In this document: positions 21,357 through 33,100 of the stretch, piece by piece
Numbering within the stretch: the first letter of the stretch is position 1
Layout: each line of letters begins with the position of its first letter
NCBI GenBank assembly: GCA_965112155.1
Contig: OZ218100.1
Source of the DNA: Podarcis liolepis
Lineage: Eukaryota
Reading direction: 5' to 3' (one strand)
DNA length: 64,000 nucleotides
Made by a program: the position numbers and the translations under genes
Notes under the pieces: generated by a model
What the model was told of the DNA's origin: nothing
What the model saw: the letters and a program-made list of their open reading frames with translations, nothing else
The model's database searches: none

Positions 21357-23747
21357 GTGAGTAGCCGTCTTTTCCACCCTAACAAAAATGTCTTATGAAA
21401 GGTAGTATATGAAGAACATAACCATACATGGAACATATTCAGTATAAAAAACAATTTATAAAGGTGCAGTTACATATAGCAAAGGTTTTATGATGAATCT
21501 ATATAGCCCAACCACAATGAGGAAGGAGTCATGGGAGGAGTACTTATATGACTCTCCCTGTTTATATACTCAAAAAATGGAGAACTGTCTGATTTGACTT
21601 CACCCCCAGACTACACATTCATGTTTGATCACTGATAATTAGAATCATAGAGTTGGAAGAGACCACAAGGGCCATCGAGTCCAACCCCCTGCCAAGCAGG
21701 AAACACCATCAGAGCACTCCTGACATATGGTTGTCAAGCCTCTGCTTAAAGACCTCCAAAGAAGGAGACTCCACTACATTCCCTGGCAGCAATTTCCACT
21801 GTCAAACAGCTCTTACTGTCAGGAAGTTCTTCCTAATGTTTAGGTGGAATCTTCTTTCTTGTAGTTTGGATCCATTGCTCCGTGTCCGCTTCTCTGGAGC
21901 AGCAGAAAACAACCTTTCTCCCTCCTCTATGTGGCATCCTTTTATATATTTGAACATGGCTATCATATCACCCCTTAACCTCCTCTTCTCCAGGCTAAAC
22001 ATGCCCAGCTCCCTTAGCCATTCCTCATAAGGCATCGTTTCCAGGCCTTTGACCATTTTGGTTGCCCTCCTCTGGACACCTTCCAGTTTGTCAGTGTCCT
22101 TCTTAAACTGTGGTGCCCAGAACTGGACACAGTACTCCAGGTGAGGTCTGACCAGAGCAGAATACAGTGGCACTATTACTTCCCTTGATCTAGATGCTAT
22201 ACTCCTATTGATGCAGCCCAGAATTGCATTGGCTTTTTTAGCTGCCGCATCACACTGTTGGCTCATGTCAAGTTTGTGGTCAACCAAGACTCCTAGATCC
22301 TTTTCACATGTACTGCTCTCAAGCCAGGTGTCCCCCATCTTGTATTTGTGCCTCTCATTTTTTTTGCCCAAGTGCAATACTTTACATTTCTCCCTGTTAA
22401 AATTCATCTTGTTTGTTTTGGCCCAGTTTTCTAATCTGTCAAGGTCGTTTTGAAGTGTGATCCTGTCCTCTGGGGTGTTAGCCACCCCTCCCAGTTTGGT
22501 GTCATCTGCAAATTTGATTGGGATGCCCTTGAGTCCATCATCCAAGTCGTTGATAAAGATGTTGAATAAGACCGGGCCCAAGACAGAACCCTGTGGCACC
22601 CCACTAGTCACTCTTCTAATAATTCCATTATTGATCTAGTCAAAATAAAGTCAAGATTAAAGGTTCATTTATAATAGAACGTCCAAAATTCAGAATTGAC
22701 GTATGGGCATCACGACTCTGTTCTCCACATCTTTAGATCATTTGCTTCTCCCCTCTCCCACACCCTGGTGACACCAATGTGCACATGTAGTTTGATAAAA
22801 CACTTCAACAAAAACAAAGTTGTTGTGCTTGTACATGCAACTACAGCACAATTTATTTTCTGTGGGGCTGTTACTGTGCCCACATGTCCATTCAAAAAGA
22901 GTCTTGACAGAATTGTATGTGCAATTACATCAAGTTTGCTTTTTTGAGATGTCCTCAATGTCAATTTATTCATATATCAACTTATCAGTATCAATTATCA
23001 TGTAATGTGAAGGGAGCAGGATGACCAATGAACTGAAGCACATATCTGCAATATTCAGAAAGAAAAAAATGGGAACATTGGTGAATTCCTAATGCATTGG
23101 TTCCTTTAGAAAGTAAACCAATTGCTTCAACATTCTGGCATCTCAACAAGTCCAATTAATCCAGAACTCCAAAAGTTCAGAAAGATCTCAAGCTTTGAGA
23201 GAAAGCAAAGCCGACCAATTCACCCATCCCTAAGTCACAGTGCTGTAGTCCCCATCTGTCAGTCAGTAGGGGTGACACACGGATATTACCTGTATAACCA
23301 CAGGTAATACAGGTTTTCTGAGGTTTTCTGGTCCATAACTGCCCATGCTATCATTGGTGAGAAGTCACCAGTAAAGGATACCAGGGGACATTTGTGGGCA
23401 GTGTCCTTGAGCAGCAGGGATTTTCATGAGCAAAATATTTAAAAGCAGCATGAAGCCAGAGTGGTCATGTGTGCCAGTCTCAAGTACATACATAAGACAT
23501 AAGCCATCTGCTTCAGGTACAAATTGGCTTGAAACCATGCTCAGCGGCTTGGAAATCAGAGCTGGGAAATATACAGAAGAGGAAAAGGAAAGAAGAAAGG
23601 CTATTGAAGAGGAATTATCAGTGCCTTCACGCCTTGAGTTTGGAAATCTAGATGCATTCAAGGTTAGTTCATCAGCAATCAGCACATTACTGACTTTATT
23701 TCATCTCTGAAAAGCATTTTAAGCACAGTTGTTTTTTAAAAAACACC

Positions 23748-23791
<44 letters not shown>

Positions 23792-26700
23792 TGCACCCAT
23801 CATGCTAGGTTTCCTCAGATACTCTGGGCAGCTTACAGGAAATATAAAAACACGTGGGTGACTGTGCACACAATAAAAGAGTTGTATTTATCACATGACG
23901 CATATTCAATTTTCTCCAGAGAAATGGTAGCTATGCCTGAAAGCGATAATTTGTGAAGGGCCCTTTGTATGTTGTCAACACTTAGGAACCGAGCAGGCGA
24001 GGAATTAAATAAATAGAATAAAAATACTTCTAGTGAAAGATCTGGAATGAAATGTTTCTGTTACATGCAATTTACAATGTAGTGAAGAAAGGAATGGATT
24101 GACCACAGTGCTTATTTCCTATCTTATTTAAGAGGATGACGAAATTACCTTCCAGAAGGATCATAGTAACTCATCTCCCTCCTCATTTACTACCCAAATC
24201 TATTTTCAAAAGTAAAGCCAAGGTGAGTACATACATCTTATAGTCTTTCAGCTATAATTCCTTTACAGCAGCATTCACTTAAATGTTATTTCAGAGCATT
24301 ATAAGCACATTCTTAAAGCGTGATTTATATCTTTGTGTTTCAGATACTGGTGCTGATTCGGAATCCAAAGGATACAATGGTGTCTTATTTTCATTTTAAC
24401 AATAACCTTTCTGTCCTTCCTAATTCAACATGGGATGCATATTTCACAGATTTTATGGATGGAAAAGGTATCCTTCTTATTTTGAAAAAAATCATGCAAG
24501 AGTAGTTCACAGGATGGGAAGAGGTCCTGCATCTGTCCCCCCCCCCCCATTCTGATGTCCAGGTGGCAGAAGAAGCTGGGAGTGTTAAGCTTTGGTTAAT
24601 ATGCCCACTGAATCCTTTCCTAGGGACTTAGGACCTAGACACTGTCATGAATGCTATGGCAACCTGTTGACTTGACTACTGTAATGTGCTTTAGCTGGGG
24701 TTGCCTTTGAAAATAGGCCAGCATCTTCCATCTGTCCAGAATCTAGCAGCATGACTCGTGATAGTGGACCTTCATGAGCTGTGCTGTTTCCCAATTTGTA
24801 TCTAGGCTAATTTCAAAGTGCTGGTTTCAACATTTAAAATCCTACACGCAGGCACATGCATTCTTAAACATCAGTGTCCGCATGCATGGGAAAGCAGATC
24901 CAATGAGCGTTCCCACATGTGTGTATGCAGGTGAGTTTATGTGAGTACGCTAGCAGAGAGCCTGCTAAGTGTTAAAATGTTGATATCGTGCAGCTTTCTT
25001 CTCCTTTTTATCCAGTGTGTTGGGGCTCCTACTTTGACCATATCTCAGAATGGGACAAGTACATTGATGATGAAAATGTCATGGGCATATGTTACGAGGA
25101 ACTTAAGGAGGTGAGGTTAACATTAGCCCCAGGGATATCAAAACTAGGTTTCTTTGTGAAATGCTGTCAAAGAGATAAATGCACAAGGACACTTTATACG
25201 TGTCCTGTCCGTGAGGAGTGCGTACGGACTGTTAGGATCGTCCTACTCTCGTGTAGGACCCTGGTAGAGACACATGCCCAACTGGCATGTTCTCTCCCTC
25301 CTGGTCTGTTGTTCGGGAGCTTCCAAAGTTTCTTCAGCCCAAACATCACAGTGACTGATACCAAGAAGCATCAACACACTTAGCGATCCACAGAGTATTC
25401 ACAGTTTGCGTAACAGAACTCAGTAGCACAGCATTTTGGCTAATCTACTTTTATTTACATATAATACACTCAAAGCATTCTGACTTAGCTCCTTCCTCTT
25501 TCTCATCAGATAGCAAAGAGAGAAAGAACAAAGGACAATAGTCCCACTTTCCGGAACACAGTAATACCAAAACATCCTGTCTCCGTCACTTCCCACTCTG
25601 TGGAATGAAAACATACACCGTCATGTGATAGACAACAATCCCATGACTACAAACACAGAGCAGGAATCCGAACACGGACATGCCATTTCATGCCTGACCG
25701 TTTCCTGAAATGCTCATAACACAGTTGTGTAGGCTTGTGGCCTACGCTGGCAGCTAAGCCAAAGAGATGGTTTCTTCTGGCCAGAGTTTTGAGTAATGTT
25801 ATTTAAATAAATATAACAAAAAGAAAGGGAGAAAACATTGCCAGCTGACATACAAAAATAGTAATCCACCAATCCTAATTTAAACATATAGCTTCATATG
25901 TCCATATGCCTAAATAGGTATTTAAATGAGATTGACAAAAGGGTAGTGAAATCTTTGGACTACTGAGTAGTAGATGATGTTGAGACACATTACTTTTGCC
26001 CCACTATAGGTGTAATGTTTTGACATATGCAATATGTTATCTCTTGGGTTTTTTTGGGGGGAAAGATCAACATTCTGAATTGCAAAAAAAAGAAGGGGGA
26101 AAAAAAGCTGAATTCTTTGGGTTGGTCTCCACCTTCAGTGTAGGGTTAGAACTTTTATATTTTTAAATTATTTTATGGGCATATAACAAAAGGAAAGGGG
26201 GGGGGGGGAAAGCCAGCCGACATGTACAATAAAAATTAACCCATCAATCCTAATTCAAGTATATAGCTTTATATGTCCATATGCCTAAATAGGTATTTAA
26301 ATCAGATTAACAAAAGGGTAGTAGTAGTAGTAGTAGTAGTAGTAATAACAGGCCCATCAGACCTGTAGTAGTAGATGGTACTAAGTTAATTTAACAGACA
26401 CATTACTTTTGCCCCACTATAGATGTAATCAGTGCTTTTTTATTGAAAAAGGTGTCAGTACTCACCAGCAAGCAGGGGGAGGAGCCAGTGTGGGGGGCGT
26501 TGCCTGATGCCAAGTCTGGGCGGTGAGGGCGGAGTAGCTGCTTGATGCTCCCTTATCCACCCACCCACCTACCAGGGCGCTGCTGCTTGGGTGAAGAAGC
26601 CTCCCCTGCCTGACTTTGGGAAGGAGACAGCAGGCCTCCAGGATCCTGTCAGAGCATTGTGCCTCTTTGTCCTAAGCTGGAGAAATGCTTCCGAGAGCCC

Positions 26701-28295
26701 TCGTGCCACCTTCCCCCCAAAAGGTGGCAGGACTACATACTGTTGCGTACAGCTAGAATGAAAAGACTGAATATACTGTTTTGACATGTTATCTCTTGTT
26801 TTTTGGGGGAAAGGATCCAAATTTAGGATTGCAAAAAATCGCTAAATTCTTTGGCTTTTCCGTGAATGAAGAAGAAATTAAAAGTGTTGTAGAAAATTGC
26901 AGTTTCAAAGCTATGAAGCAAAAATCTACTGAAACTCATGGAACATTTGGAGATGTTCTTTTCCGCAAAGGTAAATTTCTAGGGTGGGGTGGGGGTTGAT
27001 AAGGTTATTCACCAATAGTTGCCTGCTAAGTGATCACAACTATGTATAGGTACTTATCAATTTATTTTTTGCGTAAGCTTCTTTAAGGTAGGGATGCCAC
27101 AAAGGGTTGCAAAGTTTAGTTTTCAGTCCAGACCTGTGATTTCAAGGCATATAAGTTCTTCTTCTGGTTTTTTATTTATCATTCAAGAACACAGGGTATG
27201 GGATTAGGAATCTGTATTTGATTCTATAAAATCAGCCCAGAAGTTGTTGAGGATTATGATGGAGAAAAAGCTGCCATCATCATGTCTCTGATATCAACAT
27301 GCAGCAACCTTGGGAACTTCCTCATGCCCCATTGGGACCCCTTTCTAATGCCTGCTCTGGACTCTCCTGTCCACATATTTCCCCCCAGTAGTAGACAGCG
27401 CAAAGCAACTGGGAGCCACCACTTAGATTTCCCACAATGATTTGATTCTGCCCTCTGTTTCCAAGAGCTAAGAGGGCATCCATGGTATATGGGGGACTTG
27501 GCATGGGAGGGATCCATCAGAAGGAACTATACCAAGGTCCCCCTCACACCATCAGGCACTCCTGTCTTTTGTGTATTTCTATTTAAATGTATGCAAATCC
27601 ACTTTTTTGACTTTGCATGACTGTCTACCCTATTGTCAAGCGAGAACCAATTCACTGACCTCTTTTCAGGTTAATTTTGACTTAGTTGTAATTAACAGCT
27701 CCTGTGTGAGAGACTTATGCACGGTGAGTGGTTAATAAATAGCATGTTTCATAGTAAATCCTAACAGCAGCTGTGTGATGTGTGGCTGAGGAGCAAACGA
27801 TTATGGTTCCTTTCTGTCAAGGTCAGTTACCTCCTTTAGCCAACAAATTCCAAAGGAGTCAATAGGAGCAGCAGGCTGAGTGGAACAGAGGTGAAGCAAC
27901 AGCCTTCCAACAGTGGAGCCACTGCTGCTTTGGAGGGGAAGGGAAGGCTAAAGCAAGTCACAAGGGTGGGGCTGCACAGGAGCAACAGCAGAACACCTAT
28001 TGCTGCCATCACACAGTATTGACTTCATTGCTGTCTTGGCTTTCCCTTTCCCTTTCCAGCAAGTGGCCGTGACACTGCAACTCACCCCACTGAAGAGACC
28101 CCAGTTTAATAAAATATCTTCTGAATATATGTTAAAACTAGTCATTTATCTTAAATGTTTGCAGGATCTGTTGGTGACTGGAAAAGCCTGTTCTCTGAAT
28201 CTCAGAGCCAAGAAGTGGATAGAAGATTTAAAGACTGTTTAGCCAAAAGCAAACTCGGAGCAAAGATGAAGTATGAGGTTTACTGCAAGATCTGA
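21155..28295 (+). CDS. SULT6B1: Cytosolic sulfotransferase, SULT6B1-like paralog 2 (7 coding exons, 314 aa)
   Basis: Exons 21155-21356, 23517-23662, 24133-24222, 24344-24467, 25016-25110, 26814-26970 and 28165-28295 join in frame (945 nt, TGA stop). Motifs [49 protein letters not shown]. Strong Kozak context aagATGg; an alternative ATG lies at 21161. Confidence 0.93.
21641..22617 (-). mobile_element. Young 5'-truncated CR1 LINE (RT C-terminus, 269-aa open frame)
   Basis: [53 protein letters not shown]; ATGATTCT tail; ATAATT TSD; empty site in gene 3 intron 1 (~30815). Confidence 0.95.
23517..23662 (+). CDS. SULT6B1: SULT6B1-like gene 2, coding exon 2
   Basis: [13 protein letters not shown]...[11 protein letters not shown]; 146 nt. 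Confidence 0.9.
24133..24222 (+). CDS. SULT6B1: SULT6B1-like gene 2, coding exon 3
   Basis: [30 protein letters not shown]; 90 nt. Confidence 0.92.
24344..24467 (+). CDS. SULT6B1: SULT6B1-like gene 2, coding exon 4
   Basis: [18 protein letters not shown]...[12 protein letters not shown]; 124 nt. Confidence 0.92.
25016..25110 (+). CDS. SULT6B1: SULT6B1-like gene 2, coding exon 5
   Basis: [32 protein letters not shown]; 95 nt. Confidence 0.92.
25201..25680 (-). mobile_element. Solo LTR-like insertion shared with gene 3 (35571-35867)
   Basis: TGTCC...GGACA termini; minus-strand AATAAA. Confidence 0.5.
26020..26121 (+). pseudogene. Decayed partial copy of the exon 6 acceptor and 5' end (pseudo-exon) in gene 2 intron 5
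   Basis: ...tctcttgggtttttttggggggaaagatcaacattctgaattgcaaaaaa...gctgaattctttggg mirrors the exon 6 start; part of a ~330-bp tandem duplication. Confidence 0.75.
26814..26970 (+). CDS. SULT6B1: SULT6B1-like gene 2, coding exon 6
   Basis: [14 protein letters not shown]...[12 protein letters not shown]; 157 nt. Confidence 0.9.
28165..28295 (+). CDS. SULT6B1: SULT6B1-like gene 2, coding exon 7
   Basis: [22 protein letters not shown]...MKYEVYCKI*; 131 nt. Confidence 0.92.
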
Positions 28296-29179
28296 GGAGG
28301 CAACCTATATTCAAAGGGCTGGCTGCCTCCTCCATGGTCTCCTGAAATACAATTAGCTTTGTCTCTTTCTGTGTACCTGTACAGAACATTGAGGAAGCCA
28401 TAATGTTTCCTGTGTCTTGCAATTCCAGCAGTTTTGATATTTAAGCAGGTTGACCTGATTAAATAATGGATGCTTGAGGAATTTGTTCTTGGTGGATCTT
28501 AATTCAAACTGACTTGATCTCTGTGCATGGACTATTGTATAAAAATTGGTTATCCTTCAGATTTCGCATTTAACTGAATTTTGCAAAGCAGCTCTCAGTT
28601 GAAACTGTGAGGTGAGCGTGTGGAATCCATTTTGCAGCTCCAGTGACGCAGCATGGCTCCTGACAGCCCTGCTTCTGTGTGTCATGTTCCTCCATGCATG
28701 CAGTGGGCAATCTTCTTCCTCTCTAGGGGCACCCCACCTTTGTTACTAGTCCAGCATGGTCCACTCAACACTATTGAAAAAATTCTTGCTCTGTAGCTCC
28801 AAGTGGGGCTAGGTGGATCTCAAGTTGCTAAACCTTCTCTTCCAGCAAGGCAACGAGTTTGCAGTTGCCACAAGTGTACTTTTGCATGTTCTCTGGGAGG
28901 AAGACAAACATGGCACAGGTGTTGCATGTCTATGCAGCAGCTTCCTCACCTCTCATGTCTCTTGGTTCTATGCATACCGTGAGACAGCACCAAGGGCTTT
29001 CCCTGCTCAACACCCTCACAAATTCCCCTGTTTACGAGTCCTGGTCACAAGCTCTGGTCATAAGCTCTCAGAAGCTGCAGTCAGCTCAGTTTAACTGGTG
29101 CTAACTCCTTCCCCACTCACTTCCTCATTCTCAGAGCCTGAGGTGCTAAACTTTGAAGGGTGGCATTTGGTCGCAGAAC

Positions 29180-29300
29180 GCCAAGATAAGGCATTTAAAG
29201 CAAAGCTTTTACGTAAGGGTGTGGCCACAGTAGTTCATACTACTGTGTGCAATAGTTTAAGCAAACTTAGCCAGAGAAATAAATAGCTCTCTTAAGACAA
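29180..29300 (+). promoter_or_regulatory. Candidate enhancer module upstream of gene 3
   Basis: TTACGTAA 29209-29216, TGGCCA-n4-AGTTCA 29222-29237, TAAGCAAAC 29258. Confidence 0.45.
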
Positions 29301-29910
29301 AAACAGAAGAAACTAGCTGATATGGGATGAAGGTTATCAACTGTGTATGGCTCATTGTTTATCTTCTTGTAAAATGCTGTTGGAAAATAACACTATTTTA
29401 CAAACCATTGGAAGCGGTGGTCTAAAATCATTTATTTGCACTGCTATAATTTCAATCAACGGACATATACATGGTATTATGGCTACTGTACGACTTACCG
29501 ACACTTTTCATTGTTTACCACACTTACTAATGAGTCTCTCTTGCCCGCTTCACACACACAATGCCTGTTTTCTGAACATTCTGAACCAATTTCTGTGAGA
29601 ACCTGATGCTAGGTAAGATGGCTTTTGAACTGATCCAGCAAAACTATTCTTGATGCTGATGACTTCTGAAAGAATCAGAAGCCCAAATGTCAAGGACAGC
29701 TGTGAACATGGAATGGGAAATGTAAGGCTAGAGGTACTTTACAGGCATCTTGGTTAAACAGTAACCTTACACTGTGAACTTCATCACCAGATATGAATCG
29801 TAATCTTGGTAATATATTAACTTTTTCTGATCAACATAAGTATTAATCTGTTCAGGCAGAATAGCTCAAATCTCAGTCTTCATCAAGTGTCCATCCCATC
29901 AGATACAAAG

Positions 29911-30109
29911 ATGACCATGAACAGGAAACGTATTGAAATTCTGGACAAGTTGTTGGCTAATGGTGACAAGCTAGCTCCAGAAGATAAGCTATTTACCTAT
30001 GAAGGGATTTTGTATCCTCTTGCTGTTTGCAAGCTAGAAAATTTCCAAGCTCTTGAAACCTTTGAAGCAAGAACAGATGATGTGATCCTGGTAGGATATC
30101 CTAAAACAG
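29911..30109 (+). CDS. SULT6B1: SULT6B1-like gene 3, coding exon 1
   Basis: MTMNRKRIEILDKLL...[16 protein letters not shown]; donor G|GTGAGT. Confidence 0.88.
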
Positions 30110-33100
30110 GTGAGTAGCCATCTTTTCCACCCTAACTGTAGTGGTTGGGAGTTACTCGTGCGTAATCCTGCCCCGTTTGAGCATTGGATTGCCTGCTTAA
30201 ACCCTCCGGACTGCACAGCCCATCTCAGCGTGGCTGCCCTTAGTCACTCGTAGAATCTGTCTGTGGGCGTTTCTTAAAGCGCTGCCAACATAAGAGCTGT
30301 TTGACGCCCAATTGTCTCCGCCTCTCACTGCGCGGGAGTCTCCTGCGCAGGGTGGGCGTGGGCAGCGGGGTGCCTGGGCTCTCCTCACTAACTTCCAACG
30401 AAGAGTCCTGGAGCCCCTGCACCTCCCTGTCCCGTTGCTCTCCTGGATCCCTGGTGTTACACTCATTCTCTTCCCCTTCTTCCCAGCTGAGTCTTCCCCT
30501 AGCGCTGGGACCTTCTCCTGCAGAATCAGAGACCCTCTCCTTCTCCCGTGCCTCTGATGTCAGTTCCCTGACACTAACCAAAATGTCTTATGAAAGGCAG
30601 TATATGAAGAACATAACCATACATGGAACATAGTCTGTATAAAAAACAAATTACATAGGTGCAGTTACATATAGCCAAGGAATCTAAATAGTCCAACCAT
30701 GATGAGGAAAGAGTCACAGGAGGAGTACTTATATGACTCTCCCTATTTATATACTAAAAAATGGAGAACTGTCTGATTTGGCTTCACCCCCAGACTACAC
30801 ATTCATGTCTGACCATTAATAATTCCATTACTGTCAGGAGGCAGAGGAATCAACCCCCGTGGCAGGTTTCCAGGAATGGATATGACAAGGAAAAGTTCTT
30901 ACCACCTGCCTTTTATTCAACATTTACGGAGAGAGGCTTGGAAACGCAGCCTCTTGGAATGATGGCATTGTCCCGAGTAAATCTCTCCTCCCCTTCTCTC
31001 CCACTTCCTCATTCGTCATCTATTCTACGGGTGGTGCTGAGGGCTCTTTGCTTCTGAGCCCTCCGCTCTCCTACTTTCAAGGCTCACCAGGTTCTGGGAG
31101 GGGGGGTCTGGAATGCTTTCTAAAGTCACATGTGGAATAGATTCCCATCCTTATGGTTACATCCCCAGTACTTACTACTGGTTTTTTTTTTTTTTTTTGT
31201 TCATTTTCTCCAATTTTCGCCAATATACATCATTTTTTTAAAAAGTTTTCTTTATTTAAATAGCAGGCTGAAAATTTGATATCATATTTCCAAAGATTTT
31301 CCCATTTCTCCAATTCTATTGTATATCTGAAGTCTTGGGCCCATTTTGCCATTACATCCTTACATCCTTAACAATTTCGTCTTTTAAATGCCAATTTAAT
31401 CATAACTTATACATTTTGGATAAATTCTTTATTTGTGGTCAGTGTCCTTGAGCAGCAGGGATTTCCATGAGCAAGTTATTAAAAAGAGGCATGAAGCACA
31501 TACCCCAGACATTTTGCATCTCATTCAGGTACAAACTGGCTTGAAACCATGCTACGTGACTTGGAATTCAGGGCTGGGAAATATACAGAAGAGGAATATA
31601 AAAGAAGAATGGCAATTGAAGAGGAGTTGGCAGTGCCTCCACGTCTTGAGTTTGAGGATCCAGACGCCATCAAGGTTAGTTCATCAGCAATCAGACCATC
31701 ACTGACATTAATTAGTCTCTGAAAAGCAGACAGATAGTGTTCATTGTCTAGGAGAACCACTCTTTTAAAAAATGAGTTTAGGAAGCATCAGACCTCCTTG
31801 AATGGCATGCAGATCTTTGTCACCCAAGGAGCAGGCATTTGGATTCCTGTGCTAGAGGGAAATAACACTGGCCTTTCTCCATACATGATGAGCTCATGTC
31901 AACCAACAGCACACACTCTTTCCAATCAATTGGGTGTTCAACTTATCTGTTCAACTTACTGCAGAGCCACACCACACATTTAACTTCCCTCAAAGAATCC
32001 TGAAAACTATAGTTTGTTACAGTTGGGAACTGTTTGTTTGCTGGGAATTGTAGCTCTGTGAGCTCTGTTACAAATGCGCGTTGAACATACTTTAAATGTA
32101 CAGCGGGGGTCTGCCTTAATGCTTTCCCCAGCACATTTTGGTTTTGGGGAAAACCTTTCATGGAGATTTTGCTTATATTTGTGTGTGTGTATGGGGGGGA
32201 TTGCATCACTTTGGGGTGAGGGGAGTAATATTTTGATGAGGTGGCCAGTTTCTGTCTTCTCCCCTTTTTTTAACCAAAGTCATACCTCAGGATAAATACG
32301 CTTCAGGTTGAGCGCTTTCGGGTTGCGCTCCGCGGTGCACCGGAAGTAACGGAGCATGTTACTTCTGGGTTTCGCCACTCGTGGATGTGCAGACGGTCAA
32401 AATTCGCATCCTGAGGTACCACTGTATAAGAAGCTGTGGCTTGGTAGCAGTTGCCAGGTGATTATGTAGCGTCATCCTGAGGGGCACAGATGGCCAAGCC
32501 AAAGTCTTCATGGCCTGATGGACACAGTGTCTCTGAGGCAAGTTTATTTATGTATGAAACGTCAATTCATGGTACAGTCGCATGTATTCCCATCTCTGAC
32601 TGTTATTCTTTTTAGCCTAAAAGTAGATTGAAGACATGGGGCATAATAATAACATGTACCAGGGAGGTACAACCTCACCTGAAGTCATGGAAGAGGGTTT
32701 GCAATTTTTGTTTGGTTTAGACTGGAGATGCACTTCCCCCTGCAGATGTTGATTTCACTGTGTCATTTGTATTAACAGCAGCACGAATAAACTGTTATGT
32801 AAGCTGAGAAATCTGCCAGTTCCAGAAATCTAGCTCATCATCGTCTTTCTTTTTCCTTTTTCCTGGTCAGTTGGCAGTTTATCCATCATTCTTTAAGACC
32901 AGGTTTAAAAAAAATAACTGTAAAATACTGATAACTGTGCACAAAATCAAAGAGTTGTATTTACATGACACGTATTCAAAAAATGTCTCCTAGAACAGTG
33001 GTAGCTGTGCTTGAAAATCAGAATTGGGAAGAGCGCTTTGTGTGTTATGTAGACATATAGGAACCAAGCAGGCTAGGGATTAAATAAATAAAATAAAAAT

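Noticed and set aside
21802-22611. 269-aa reverse transcriptase ORF as a host gene or retron-like system
   Set aside because: It is a 5'-truncated CR1 LINE ORF2 with a tail and TSD inside an intron.
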